A stretch of 64,000 bases of DNA from Octopus sinensis. Lineage: Eukaryota. This document shows, piece after piece, positions 24,695-38,960 of the stretch; position 1 is the stretch's first letter; each line of letters starts with the position of its first letter. Made by a program: the position numbers and the translations under genes. Under the pieces are notes generated by a model. It did no database searches and was not told the DNA's origin. It worked only from the letters and a program-made list of their open reading frames with translations. The stretch covers positions 44,330,001 to 44,394,000 of the forward strand of contig NC_042998.1 in assembly GCF_006345805.1 (NCBI RefSeq), given 5' to 3'.

Positions 24695-24990
24695 AAAATT
24701 GAGAAATACAATTGGCATATAAATTTATTAACATTATAATATAGTATAATTATACCATAAAAAGATAATATATAACAAATAAGTAAAACAAATATATATC
24801 CTACAATTTACGTCGATTCATATCTACTAATTAATTTATAAAAAAATCATATTTATGCACATGAATCTCGCCAGGGTAATATTTGTCTAAAAAATAAACA
24901 AAAATGTTATGCAAGGATTGCTAAATCCCAAATAGATTGATTTATTATATACCGATGTTTACAAGTGTGAGCATTAATAATTTTAAAATA

Positions 24991-25277
24991 TCTTTATATA
25001 TAAAAGAGAGGTTGTGTGCTGTCTGTCTCCTACGATTTATATAGCGCGCGTCTACGATGAGGCTACGATTTTTTTTAAAATTACCATCAATTTTTCTCAT
25101 TTTTAATGCATTTTTGGCATATATAAGGGAAGTAACTCTCTAAAAATTTATTATTAAATCTCAGAACGTAAAAAGCTACAGTAACACCCCCCCCCCTTTG
25201 GGTTTAGCCATATTGAGATGGCTATTATACTTTACATCTCTAAAAATGCCTATATAGTTATTTCCCTTACAAACCTG
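24991..25277 (+). mobile_element. Internally deleted, 3'-truncated He1 copy
   Basis: A|TCTTTATATATAAAA start, same gcgcgcgtctacgatgag and tatagttatttcc..acaaacctg blocks; lacks hairpin-CTAG. Confidence 0.7.
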
Positions 25278-25299
25278 TAATATAGTAATAACTATAATA

Positions 25300-26170
25300 A
25301 AAACAAACCAAAATTCAAATGGATAAAATGAATTAAATAAAGAAAACAATTACAACGGTCATAAAATATCCTTATGCATCTTTAATAATATTAATCTAAA
25401 GATATTTTAATCTAAAATAATCACTGCTGATATGTCTAAATAGGTTTTCAGTTAAAGAAAACACAACCACTTATTATTTTATTATTAATCATAGTACTAT
25501 ATTTATTAGAAGTAAAATGCTAATCAATGGTTGAACGAATTACACGGATACGATTAGTCTTGATCGGTTTGCCATAAGGTAAAATAAGCCAGATATTGTT
25601 ATTATCATTGTTGTTCAGGCATTTCCCTTTGTTCCTATTTGAATGATTTGTATATGGTATATGGAATGAATTTTTTTACGTTTTAAGGATATTTTATTCT
25701 TTGTTATTGTTTAGTCCATTTCTGTTTATTGTAATTCATACTTGTTATTACTGTTACTATGGCAATTATATTTATTTATATTTTTTAATGTTTGTTAATG
25801 CTAATTTCTGGTTTATTTGTATTAATCTTAATCATATTTTCATTTACCTGGTTGTCAATCTGTGAGCTATCTTTATATGTGTCAAATTTAATTTACTGTT
25901 TGTATCCTGCCTTAGCTAATGCTGGATTATAATAATCCATATTTATATTAAAAATCTCTTGACTAGATGAAAGGGAATTAATTCTACGCTGAATATCTTT
26001 AACTAAATAATTTGTGTTTTAGAATGATTACTTTCTATATTTATATATGCTAATTTAGTCCAAATAGGTTATATTTAAAATCTACAACTTTTAACATGGT
26101 TCCAATCCTGCAGATCCGAAGTACTGTTTACCTAGCACCTTGTAATGCTTATTTTATATGTCCATCTAAA
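25300..26170 (-). mobile_element. Degenerate Penelope-like element of the same clade
   Basis: NIWLILPYGKPIKTN..RSTID matches the linker in the 27909-28277 ORF; many stops. Confidence 0.5.
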
Positions 26171-26249
26171 TTTTATTTGTATTCACCTATTTGGTATATT
26201 TTATTGTTCTCAACATGATACAAATAAAATAAGCATATTAACATACACA

Positions 26250-26300
<51 letters not shown>

Positions 26301-27399
26301 TATATATGTGTGTGTTGTGTGTGTGTGTGTGTGTATATTTTATATTTTTATCTATATTTATATTCATACATATGAGGGCCTTCGTAGGCTGTTTTCTACC
26401 AGATGCACACAAATTGTTTTAGTTCGGCCGGAAGTTGCAAGAAGACAATTTCTGAAGGTACCATGTGGTGGAACTGATCCCGAAACTATGCTCCTGGGGA
26501 GCTGTTACGCTTTCATTAGTTATATATATCATAACAAAGAAATTAAGGCTACACTATTGTAGCTGTCATTGCTTCCAAATTTGATGGTTCAAGAATAAAT
26601 GAACAAATATGACTAGAAATCAAATTTAGTCTCAAAAGAGACTGGGTACAAAAAGTATTTGCTTTCAATAACTGACCTCATACAAAATAATGACAACATT
26701 AACATCCAGATCGTAATTTATTAATATTGTTTCAACCCCAAAAATCATACCTTGTCTCAATTTTCACAAAAATGTGAGGGAAATATTAGCGTTAAGTCAT
26801 ATCACCAGAATAATTGCACAGAGTGTTGATGTTACGCAGTTATATGTAAGATATTAAAACAGACAATCACCTAGATGTCAAGGCTGACGGCGGTTGATTA
26901 AGCAATATCAGTACAATGTTGACAAGTATTGCCAATATTATTAACATCAGTAGTAGTAAAGCTAAACTTATAAGCCTGAACAAATAGCGATTATAACTAT
27001 TGCGGTTCTTCAATAAATTGGATTTCTGAATAAATAATATTGTCTGATGTTTGTATCTTTTACGTTATATATAACGATTACTCTGGGTTAGAACTATTAT
27101 CTTTACGTGTCTCACCGCTGAACAATATCCTCTTACATAATGTAAACGAACATTCTGAAAGTAATTTAATAGAGCACGTTTATGCCTGTGTGGCTGAGAA
27201 ATTCATTTCGCAACTACAGAGTCTCGTGTTCGATACTATTACTGGGCAGCTTAAACAAATGTCTTCTATTATAGTCACGTATCAACCAACGTCTTGTAAG
27301 CGGAAATTGAGGAAGAGGGAGAATGAAAAATCTCGTGTTTAAAAGTTTAAAAGCGTGGAAATAGATATATATATAGAGGAAATGAAATGTAAGAAGACT

Positions 27400-28288
27400 G
27401 TTAAAGGTCGAATTTTATAGATTGGTAGAAATTACTTATAGGAATTAAAGGTATGTATTTGCCAATGTTTACAACGATAAACACGTTCTTTAAACGTGTT
27501 TACAAGTGTATTCTCTGAGAAAAGAATGAGAAATTGCTCATCGTTACAGAGCGGAAAAAAAGATTTACCTTTGTCATATGGAAAGGATCTAGATAGAAAT
27601 TTTCATTCCAAATCTAATTTTTTTTTATATTCCTATATAGACCAAATTAATATATTAAGTCCAGTGTTGTTGCATCTATTGATATGTCTAAATGTAGAGT
27701 AATGTTTCGATATTCTATTCGACAACTGAGACGATGAGCTACCAATATAATAAAAGAAATCAGAACTGGAACTAATTTTACATTGATTTAAAGAGTTTCT
27801 AGTCTTAGAACTACTACTAAGGAAACGAATACGATTCGAATTTATATCAGAAATATTAATATTGTTTTATTAGTGTTCAAAGAATAGTTAGCATTAACAA
27901 TATCACTGTTATTTATTTTCATTAAGTGAATTTATATTTAACAACTTATTGTTATGCGTAGAAATGATTTGTGAAAGGTCTTTGGTGTTTGAAAATCCTA
28001 TCCTAATTCGGTGTGAATGGATAATGGAATGGTATCTGAGATTTTTTTGAAAGTTCTTATCTATAGCTTCACGAAAGTGGTAAGTGAGGCTGGATTTGAT
28101 CTTATTATCATATGGAATGATCAGCCAAACTGTTTTACCAGGATACACCCTGTCATTAGGGTATTTATCTTTAAAAGTCCTAGTCTTATTTTTATTACAT
28201 ATAAAGTTATATAAAGAACGGTTATTTCCTAATGCTGCAAAATCAGATTTTACACACATTGATAAATTAACATACATTATATATACAC

Positions 28289-28363
<75 letters not shown>

Positions 28364-28900
28364 TATAAATAATGTAGGATAACATTTTTTTCGGGAAAAA
28401 ATTTTATCAAGAGCCAGCATATCAAAAAATACCTTTAAAGATTAAATTTATAAAATAATTTACAAAATAAGGGCAAAAGAAAAATTCTAATGCCAAATAT
28501 GTCGAAAAAAGACAAAATTGTCAATTACCATTATAACTTATGCGTCTCGAAACAAACCGATAGAAATTTCTAAAAAATCCGTTATTACCGTATTGGTCCC
28601 AATTTCGGGGTTAATTCATAAGACTTTTCCCCTCTTCAGCGATAAATACATAATATATAAGTGAAATACTTACTCATACCCATGGAAAAAGCAAGCACTA
28701 AGTTCTGGGCAGACTTAAGTACCCCAAATATATCCAAAATAGAAAATCTTCGGCACATTTCGAGACACGTGTGATTCGAACTAGAAACTTTCACAGAGTG
28801 AGAGAATCCGGACGTGAACACGAATAAATTTATAACTAATGTAGGATAAATTTTTTTTCGGGAAAAAAATTTTATCAATGGCCAGCATATCAAAAAATAA
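27400..28900 (-). mobile_element. Degenerate Penelope-like element (RT core, linker, probable GIY-YIG remnant)
   Basis: VWLIIPYDNKIKSSL..FREAIDKNF..IRIGFSNTKDLSQIISTHNNKLL resembles the PLE linker (IWFNPP..LIDKHF..IKISYS..NL..II..HN.KIL); VCPEL and IGLFRD at 28560-28750 resemble RT motifs. Confidence 0.7.
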
Positions 28901-28902
28901 AT

Positions 28903-28904
<2 letters not shown>

Positions 28905-28960
<56 letters not shown>

Positions 28961-29170
28961 TATAATATATATATATATATATTATATATATATATATACA
29001 TATATATATATAATACATATATATATACGTATATATATACATATATATATACATATATATATATGTATGTATGTATGATGCATGCATGCATGCATGTATG
29101 TATGTATGTATGTATGTATGTATGTATGTTGTATGTATGTATGTATGTATGCATGTATGTATGTATGTAT
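28905..29170. repeat. (TA)n/(GTAT)n microsatellite
   Basis: Direct reading. Confidence 0.95.
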
Positions 29171-29718
29171 AGTGTGTGACTTTCTAAGTCACCTATTTAT
29201 TGCTTTATTTATTCCAGTTACTTGTTTGTCTTATGTAAATCTGCAACATTCTTATAAACAGAATTTTACAGTTTACCTGAAAAAGCAGAAATGAATAGTT
29301 GAAGAGGATTTTCAGTTCCTGCACACGCAATTTAATGCCCACGAGGCGAAGCCACGCTCTTCTATTTATAATCCAACCACTAAGATTGTCACTGCAATTT
29401 ATTTATGAACATATCAATGTTTACTAGAATACGTATCCCTTTAATTACGAAATGTATTCGTGAGCCAGATGGTAAATAAGATATCTGGGCTATGAGCGCT
29501 TCAGTATATGAGATGTTTATGTTTTAGTCACTAAGCGATGGCTATTATACATGCCAGTTTCATGAAAACAGAAATAATTGAGGTGATAGCCTTCGAGTTT
29601 TTTAAGGACTTAAGAATTTAGCAATATTTATCAGACGCTGCGAGATCTAGAAGCGAATTTATGGTTATACCAGTTTGCAATCTGCAGAAATTATATCAAT
29701 TAGTTTATTGCTCATATA

Positions 29719-29850
29719 TCAGGTCATCGCATAAGTTCTGTCCGAATTTTGAATAAAGAAAACAAGTGATCAAATGTTATATTTAATTGAGATTTAATCA
29801 TCAATGTACTTTCCCTGATTATCTATGAATTAGAGATCATTAAATCAGCC
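29719..29850 (-). mobile_element. Mariner 3' end fragment
   Basis: TA|TCAGGTCATCGCATAAGTTCTGTCCGA TIR; minus strand FIDNQGKYIDD*. Confidence 0.65.
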
Positions 29851-31684
29851 GGTGCTCTTCAAACTGTCTTTTGTTGGTATGAGTGATAACATGTAAATCT
29901 AGACTAGAACAACATTCTAATCCATTCCAAAATCTTTTGGTATGAAACTGGCCTTCATGTAGTAATTACTTCAGATTTAAAATGAGTTCTACATTTGCGC
30001 TTCAAAAGGTTTTACAGAATAATTTGGCTCTTTTTTTAATGCCATCTAGAAAATATATCTGTAAAAAGTGCGCCACTTTATTTTTGTAACCAATGGAGAA
30101 AACTATTTCATTGGTAAGATCTTTCCTTTTCACTTTAAAACCGAGCATAAATGCACTTTCCCTGATACATTTTGCACCCGACCATATCATTTGAAAAGCA
30201 TAATCTTGGAAAATGTTTTGATTCTGAAGTGGTGTTCAAAAGAAGATCCACCATATTTTCTGGTAGCTCCAGTAGAAACAAATACACATTTCTATTATAA
30301 TGAGCAGTACACTTGCTACATATTTTGCATGCAGAGTCATAGGATGCAGTTTTTTTTTTCAGATGTTTACGATCACAACTGAACGTAGTACTCTTCCATT
30401 GCATTCGTTCATAATTTTTCTTTAAATTTTCTCTGCAACACACTGTCTCATTTAATCATATTTTTGTTTTGCTTTTTGCTCTCTTTTTTTCCCATCTTTC
30501 TTCTTTTCTGCAATCTTATTTCCTTGTCTTCTTCCAATTTTTGAGCTTTTATTTCTTTAATTTTCCTCCTTTCTCTGCATCATATTCTCCCACCCTTATC
30601 ACTTCCTTGTTTTTCCTTTTTCCTTTCATACTTCATCATTTTGTTTTCCATTTCACAGTTGTTATTCTATCAGATTTCCTTTTCTTCCGATATTTTCGTA
30701 TTGTTACGCTCTGTCATTTTTCAAAGTGCAATTCTCTTCCTTTTTGTCACTGTCTTGCAATATTTCTTTTCCACTTACATTTCTCTCATTTTCATGAGTG
30801 TGTATGGGAAAAAGAACATCATATACCGGCCGTTTACAGTTTGAACAATACATACTACAGATATCTTCCTTTCGGGAAACACTCGATCGCTCATGGTGAA
30901 AGGTGGAACAATAATTTCGTTACCACTTTTACGATGAACCTGAATTACTACGTTAGGTAATTTACTAATGGCACCCATGTCAACATGACTGCTTTATATT
31001 CCTTCATTTGTCATGTATGTAAAATATTCTTGTATTGTATTGCAAGGAATAGAATAAAACTACATTTAGATGGCGCATATATACTGTATGACTTCTTTTC
31101 AAATAGTACAGTTATTGATATTGTCATTAAAAAAGCGTGACAAGATTCTAAGCAAACAATTACCACGGCGAATGACTTGGACATGAGGTTAGTAATTTGA
31201 TTTATTAAATACTTTTCATTGAATTTTCCAAGGTACATTACCTACATTTTACATTTAGATGGTTTCGTTGCAAAGAGTAAAGTGATTGATCTTCTCATCA
31301 ATCGAGAGTGATAAAGCTGTAAGTCTTCACATGCAATTGCTTTCTTCCTCTGTAGCTGGTATCTGTTGATACAAAACTAGAAAGGTAATTATATATGTAT
31401 AATGCTTCCATGTGGTTGCAGTTAAACTAATGAGTAGTTAACATATAACTGTTTGTATCATAGGAAGAAGAATTGTGGCAAGTGGCTAGAGTGTGAAATA
31501 AAGCCATATAGAAAAAGGAGGATAGATACAATGAGAATCAAAGAACGGCAAGCAAGAAAATATGGAAACATGCGAAACTTTAAAAGAGAGAGGTAAAGAG
31601 AAATAGATTGAGATAGTGCGAAAGAAAGTGAAGTTGCGAACAGACAGAACTTCATCTGAGAAATTCATATTTATGCATGTGTAC

Positions 31685-31694
31685 GTATATATAT

Positions 31695-31760
<66 letters not shown>

Positions 31761-31939
31761 CATACATATATGTATACATATATACATGCATACATATATA
31801 TATATTATATATACATATAATATATATAGCATACCTATATATACACATACATATATATAATACATATATATATATACATACATATATATATATACATACA
31901 TATATATATACATACATACATATATATGTATATATATAC

Positions 31940-31973
<34 letters not shown>

Positions 31974-32076
31974 ACATACATATATATACAAACATATATA
32001 TATATACATATATATATACATATACATATATATACATATATATTACATATATACATATATATATATATACACACAC

Positions 32077-32124
<48 letters not shown>

Positions 32125-32337
32125 TATATATATATACATATATATATACACACGTATATATACACACATATATATATACATACATATATATACATATATA
32201 TACATATACATATATATACATATTATACATATATATACATATACATATATATATATATACATATATATACATATATATACATATACATATATATATACAT
32301 ATATACATATATATACATATACATATATATATATAAT
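31685..32337. repeat. Long (TA)n/(TACA)n tract
   Basis: Direct reading; source of the long spurious I/Y ORFs. Confidence 0.95.
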
Positions 32338-32559
32338 CAACTAATTATTTGTAGGTTTCGTTCATATCAAAGTATCTTAATAATTAAGATACCAAGTCAG
32401 AGTCGAGATTAGCTTATCCGCACGAATAGCGTATATGGACACTCATGCATATATCAATGTATATATGGACATACTCTAACACTACACATAGACGCACATC
32501 GAAATATCGATAACACATTCATATAAGTATACATGAGTATGAAAAATATGAATATATAT

Positions 32560-32890
32560 GCGCAGTCGTGGCTGTGTGGTAATAAGCTTGCTTCCCAACC
32601 GTATGATTCCGAGTTGTCCCACTGTGTGGCACTTTCTTCAAGTGTTTTCTCCTACAGCCTCAGGTGGACTTGGTAGACAGAAACTGAAAGAAGCCCGTCA
32701 TATGTGTGTGTGTGTTTGTACCACACTCATCGCTTGATAACCGATGTTGTTGTGTACATGTCTCCGTAACTTAGCGGCTCGGCAAAAGATACCGATAATA
32801 TATGTACTAGGCTTACAAAGAATAAGTCATGGAATCGATATGTTCGACTAAAGGCGGTGCTTCAGCATAACTGAAACAAGTAAAAGAATA
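32560..32890 (+). mobile_element. SINE B, diverged
   Basis: gtggctgtgtggtaataagcttgcttcccaacc...gaaactgaaagaagcccgtc...aacttagcgg...gactaaaggcggtg. Confidence 0.8.
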
Positions 32891-33305
32891 AAAGAAAAAA
32901 GAACATACATTGCGGCAAGTATTTTGACGATCCCCTTTGAAGTAATGATCCAACGTAAGGAAGGTTCCAGGTCTGGTATTTACATAAAGAAAGAACACAA
33001 ATAGGTTGAAGTTTACTATGTCTGTTTCGGAGATGTTTTTATTGGTGAATACACCAATTATATCATTACAAAAAACAAAAACAAAAAAAACGAAATTTCC
33101 TTCTGGTCAGTTACAACTTAAAGATTAAAAATTTGCTTCAGAGTAAAAATATCAATATAGGGAAAGGGTGATGACCCAGAGGAAACGGATTTTTTCATGA
33201 TATAATCAGTGTATTAATCAGTAAAACACACGTCTGAAACAGTTATAGGATACTTCAACACATTCGTATTATTTACACACACACACATATATATATGTAT
33301 AGATA

Positions 33306-33338
<33 letters not shown>

Positions 33339-33602
33339 TTAAAAAAAGGAGATGTCGAACACGAGTGGTGATATATAAAAAAGGAAATGAAGAAAATGCT
33401 GACAAATAATTGAAGTAATTTAAGTAATTTAATTAGGTGAAAGTTCTTTTTACCGGTTGCGCATTTGTTATGCTTATCAAAATATCAAAATATTATCATA
33501 TTTTGATAAGCATAACAAATGCGCAACCGGTAAAAAGAACTTTCACCTAATTAAATTACTTAAATTACTTCAATTATTTGTCAGCATTTTCTTCATTTCC
33601 TT

Positions 33603-33646
<44 letters not shown>

Positions 33647-33659
33647 TTGTCAGTTGTTT

Positions 33660-34050
33660 AACCTTAACCAGTTAAGCATGCCCCTTGGTGGCTGACGATA
33701 TATGCATTTCTGATCACGAGCAGAAATAGTGGGGGAACATCAAAGCTAAGTGTTGAGAGGAATTATTTGGAGTTTGAATAATTCACCGCCGGAAACTTGG
33801 GTGTTTCGTTCAACATCCAAAAACAACCTTTTGAGCGGGCTGGGTTACTCGACCTGAAGAAAACTGGGCCCTACCTACAAGGTCATGCACTGTTTATCTT
33901 GATATGAGATCACCATGTCGCTCACATATAGTTGTAATGCATGTGCTTGGTGTACCCTTATCAGACGGGTAGTCATGATGGGTATATTGGGCTTCGTATA
34001 TTTTACCACATTGTCACTTTGATGGCATGCACTGCTCTCTCACTTGATAA
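33660..34050 (+). mobile_element. Interspersed repeat, probable LINE tail or SINE
   Basis: GC-richer block ending gtcactttgatggcatgcactgctctctcact followed by an (AAT)n-like tail; family not assigned. Confidence 0.4.
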
Positions 34051-34059
34051 TAATAGTAA

Positions 34060-34590
34060 TAATAACACCTGATTACTGATAGGCATTGCATTTCCTTCTT
34101 ATCAACATATTATTAAAAAAGAAGTGGAGTATATCGAAGTACAAAGACCTCGAAATTGAAGTATTCAAAATGCGGGGAATGAAGGTTAAAAACAATACCA
34201 ATAGTAATTGGAGCATTGGGTATGATAAAAAAAATCATAGAAGCTATACTTGGATCCTCAAAACTACACACTGTACAAAAAATAGCCCTGCTAGGAACAG
34301 CCCACATTTTACGCAAGACACTATCAATCCAATAGTACAACCTAGACAAAACAACCCAAAAGTACAAGACACACTCTATACGCATTTACCCAGTGAAATA
34401 AACTCCCACCAGCAAGCCGGAAAGCCAAGGCATTGCACACTCATGACATTATAAGCAGTAACACGACAAAAGACAGCACCCCACCTCAAGAAAGACGAAC
34501 TAATACAATAGTATACCGGGAGGAGTTCGCACACTCCCAACCGTAGAAAAGATCACACAGTACTACACACACCCCAGCAACCTCGAGGTG
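34060..34590 (+). mobile_element. R2/R4-type (RLE) LINE 3' fragment
   Basis: ISKYKDLEIEVFKM motif from the post-endonuclease region, then 3' UTR-like sequence. Confidence 0.65.
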
Positions 34591-34793
34591 TAGCAGGTGA
34601 TGAGTTGATTACATCGAGCCCAGTGTTTAACTGGTACTTATTTTAACGACCCCGAAAGGACGAAAAGTAAAATCGACCTCGGCGGAATTTCAACTCGGAA
34701 CATAGCGACGGGCGAAAGCATTTCGTCCGGCGCGCTAACGATTCTGCCAGTTCGCCGCCTTACTACTACTGCTACTACTACTACTACTACTAC

Positions 34794-34868
<75 letters not shown>

Positions 34869-35108
34869 TAATAATTTTGCCACAAAGGCAGCAACTCTGG
34901 GGGAGGGGATAAGTTGATTACATCGAGCTCAGTGTTCAACTGGTACTTATTTTAACGACCCCGAAGGGACGAAAAGTAAAATCGACCACGGCGGAATTTC
35001 AACTCGGAACATTGCGACAGGCGAAATAACGCTAAGCATTTCGTCCGGCGCGCTGACGATTCTGCCAGTTCGGCGCCTAACTACTACTACTACTATTACT
35101 ACTACTAC

Positions 35109-35162
<54 letters not shown>

Positions 35163-35190
35163 CAACAACAACAACAACAACAAATATTGA
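34590..35190 (-). mobile_element. Tandem pair of SINE A copies, each followed by (TAC)n(TAA)n
   Basis: 34600-34875 and 34905-35185 are near-duplicate units. Confidence 0.8.
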
Positions 35191-35840
35191 AAAATAAAAT
35201 AGTTGTCATTTATATTTCACGCGTAAAATCACAGAGTCGATAAAGCAAGGCAGAAAACTTCCATTACGTGTTCTATAAAATGGTGTTTTCGGATTTTATA
35301 CGGTACTAAGAGGAGAAATAACAGCTATCTGACAAGAATTAATGTACTTATTGCTGAAAATGATAGTTCTCCTCTAACCGGGTTTATTTAAGAGAATTGA
35401 TTTAATGTGTGCATTTAGTTTTCGTTGATTTGCTGTTCCGAATGACTGTGAAATTTAGCATTTATTGACTTCGGTACTTGACAGTTGCAAGCTTAATTTC
35501 AATCAGAATAATGTTGATCGTGCATCTTGATAAGTACAGTTATACGGTGCATCGGACCAAATATCCGGTAAAAGCCCGGAAAATGGCTTGGATTTCTGGA
35601 GCTTCAGGTTTTCTGAAGACAGCCTAAGTATTTACTTAGGATATAAAATAAACTCCCTAAAGGACTAAAGTGAATTTAGCAGATTCAAATTAATACACTT
35701 CTAACGTAGGGTCGGTAGGATATTTATTAATTCATTTAAAATTCTTGAAACATATCATACTTTATCATGTATACTGTACACTTTTTATAGGATGGATATT
35801 TAACGAAAAAAGTAAAGAACAAAGTAACGAAAAAAGTAAA

Positions 35841-36250
35841 GGCGTAGGAGTGGCTGTGTGCTGAGTACCTTGCTTACCAACCATATGGTTCCGGGTTCAG
35901 TCCCACTGCGTGGTACCTTGGGCAAGTGTCTTCAACAATAGCCTCGGGCCGACCAAAGCCTTGTGAGTGGATTTGGTAGATGGAAACTGAAAGAAGCCCG
36001 TCGTATATATGTATATATATATGTATGTATGTGTGTATATGTTTGTGTATCTGTGTTTGTCCACCCAACACCACTTGACAACCGATGCTGGTGTGTTTAC
36101 GTTCCCGTAACTTAGCGGTTCGGCAAAGAGACCGATAGAATAAGTACTAGGCTTACAAAGAATAAGTCCTGGGGTCGATTTGCTCGACTAAATGCGGTGC
36201 TCCAGCATGGCCACAGTCAAATGACCGAAACAAGTGAAAGAGTAAAAGAG
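35841..36250 (+). mobile_element. SINE B, near full length
   Basis: GGCGTAGGAGTGGCTGTGTG..GGGTTCAGTCCC..ACCTTGGGCAAGTGTC..(TA/TG)n..GGGGTCGATTTGCTCGACT..AAAAGAG. Confidence 0.9.
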
Positions 36251-37260
36251 TCACATCCTTTCTTTAACAGGTACAATCACAAATGAATACTCCTCTAAAG
36301 CAGAGCATGTTTAACCTCTGTCAATCCACTAAGAAGAGTAAAGAACAGGTGTATTTTTAATGCACAGTTTGCAAAATAACCAACATCAGCAACAGGCTCG
36401 GTTTACTCAATGCAGCATACGATATATTGCTCGGTTTTCACAGTATTTCCGAATCTCTGGATACTTCGAATTTCTGGAAGCCAGATAAGAAATATCCTAT
36501 AGTACATGAAATAATTACTGGATTATTTACATCTCACGGAAATAGATCTTGTTTTTGTAAAAATGTAAAAGCAAACAACATCGACATTCGTGTGTTTGAC
36601 AAGGTCTCAAGGGCAGTAACTCATCCTGGCCAGCCTCACATGTATTACCATAAGTGATAATAGAATTAATCACTTAGTCCGTTTATATGTTAATAAGATT
36701 ATCTTTCCATTTGTAATTTATTTATACAATTTGTTACGATTTTCTATTTTAATTACATTGTCATTAGTTACACTTTAAACATTTCATGATTTTGTTTTTT
36801 ACAAAATCATTCCACTATTGTAATATTTACAACTGAGTCGTCATATTTCCATGTCGATTGATTGAGTCCAATAGAAATAAACAAAAATTTATTTATTCTG
36901 CCGATCTTATGAATAGTGATTTGGTGATAACATTTGAATAATTACTTTTTTTTTAAAATTTTGTTGTCTAAATCCGATATTGATGAAAATGCTGAAACAG
37001 CTGAAGAAAGAAGAAGGGGAAAATTAGTCCAATAACGGAAGAAGTAAAAAAGATCAGTATATATCGTTGCTATGAAATGACTGAAGTAATGTTACAATCA
37101 AATGTTAAGATTTCGGTGACATGAATATATCGAAGTTTCGATATTGATTTCCTACATATAATGAAGATCACAAATTTAAAAGAATAGAGACAGGTAAATC
37201 CACTTCAATAGTTTGGTAGTGTTGCCATTTTTATTGACTCCAAAAATATGACTGAGCAAC

Positions 37261-37328
<68 letters not shown>

Positions 37329-37329
37329 A

Positions 37330-37740
37330 ATCCAGCTATAAGCACAAGGCCTGAAAGTTTTAGGGATGGGATTAGTCGATCACTTCGACCACAGTACGTA
37401 ACTGGTACTTTCTTTTTCATTGACTTTAAAAGGATGAAAAGCAAAGTTGACTTCGGCGGAATTTGAACTCAAGATAGCGACGGACGAAATATGACTAACG
37501 ATTGCTAACGATTCTACCAACTCTCCACCTGTATAACAGCAACAACAAATATAGTAACATTAATCCTTTCTACTAAAGGCACAAGGCCTGAAATTTTGGG
37601 CGAGGGGAATAGTCGATTACATGGACTACAGCGTTCAACTTGTCCTTAATTTATCAAAGGCAAACTCGACATCGGCGGAATTTGAACTCAAAACGTAGCG
37701 ACGGGATAAATGTCGCTAAGCATGTGGTCCAGCGTGTTAT
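37330..37740 (-). mobile_element. Two degenerate SINE A copies
   Basis: aaggcctgaaa.. tail, gtcgat..actggtactt, cggcggaatttgaactc blocks twice. Confidence 0.7.
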
Positions 37741-37875
37741 GAAAATAATAATAATTTCTTTTGTTAGCCACAGAGACATAGATGAGTGGGACACCACAAG
37801 TAGAGACAACAATTTGTGTTCGAAATGAGGAGAAAGAAATAGAAATGACAGTGAAATGCGATAAAAGTAGATACA

Positions 37876-38702
37876 GGAGTAGGAGTGGTTGTGTGTTAAG
37901 AAGCTCTTTTAAGGCGGCGAGCTGTCAGAAACGTTAACACGCCGGGCGAAATGCTGAGCGGTATTTCGTCAGCCGTTACATTCTGAGTTCAAATTCCGCC
38001 GAAGTCGACTTTGCTTTTCGTCATTTCGGGGTCGATAAATTAAGTACCAGTTAGCACTGGGGTCGATAAAATCGACTTAATCCGTTTATCTGTCCTTCAT
38101 TGTCTCTTCTGTGTTTAGCCCCTTGTGGGTAGTAAAGAAATAGATATTTCGTCTGCCGCTACATTCTGTGTTCAAATTCCGCCGAGGTCGACTTAACCAT
38201 TCATACTTTGAGCGTCGATTAAATAAGTACCAGTTACGTGCTGGGGTCTATGTAATCGACTTAATCCCTTTACCTGTCCTTGTTTGTCCCCTCTATATTT
38301 AGCTCCTTGTAGGCAATAAAGAAATAAGAAGCTTGCTTTCCAATCACATGGTTCCGGGTTCAGTCCCACAGCGTGGCACCTTCGGTAAGTGTCCTCTACT
38401 ATAACCTCGAGCCAAGCAAAGCCTTGAGAGTGGATTTGGTAGATAGAAATTGAAAGAAGCCCATCCTATATATATGTGTGTGTGTGTATGTGTGTGTGGA
38501 TATACAAAGGGGTTTGTATGATTGTGAATAGACAATTAATACTTCATTTCTTTTTACCATATTATTTTATATCATATATTGTAAGATTATAAATAAAACT
38601 CGAAAAACAGCTGGAATTTGGAATTCCTTTGTGTTATATATATATATATATATAGATATATGTATTTCGTTTATGTATGTATGTATGTATGCATGTGTAT
38701 GT

Positions 38703-38736
<34 letters not shown>

Positions 38737-38960
38737 GAAATATATATTATATATATATATATGTTTGTCTTTTTCCTACCACCACATCGATTGACAACCG
38801 ATGTTGGTGGTGTTTCGTCCCATAACTTAGCATTTTGACAGAAGAAACTGATAAAATAAGTACCAGGCTTATAAAGAATAAGTCCTGGGATCGATTTTTC
38901 GACTTAAGGCAGTGTTCCAGCATAGCCGCAGTCAAACAACTGAACAAATAAAAGAAAATA
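37876..38960 (+). mobile_element. SINE B copy split by SINE A and by microsatellite/unique sequence
   Basis: Head 37876-37905, body 38325-38470, tail 38765-38960. Confidence 0.75.
37906..38324 (+). mobile_element. SINE A two-unit copy inserted into a SINE B head, TSD TAAGAAGCT
   Basis: TAAGAAGCT at 37897-37905 and 38325-38333; SINE B resumes after the second copy. Confidence 0.85.

Noticed and set aside
30002-30960. ORFs of 62-163 aa at 30.0-31.0 kb
   Set aside because: No domain, splice pattern or homology recognised; the 163-aa ORF translates a T/C-rich low-complexity tract.
36427-36657. 76-aa ORF with FWK..KYP motif
   Set aside because: Only a faint hAT-dimerisation resemblance; supportable neither as an exon nor as a TE.
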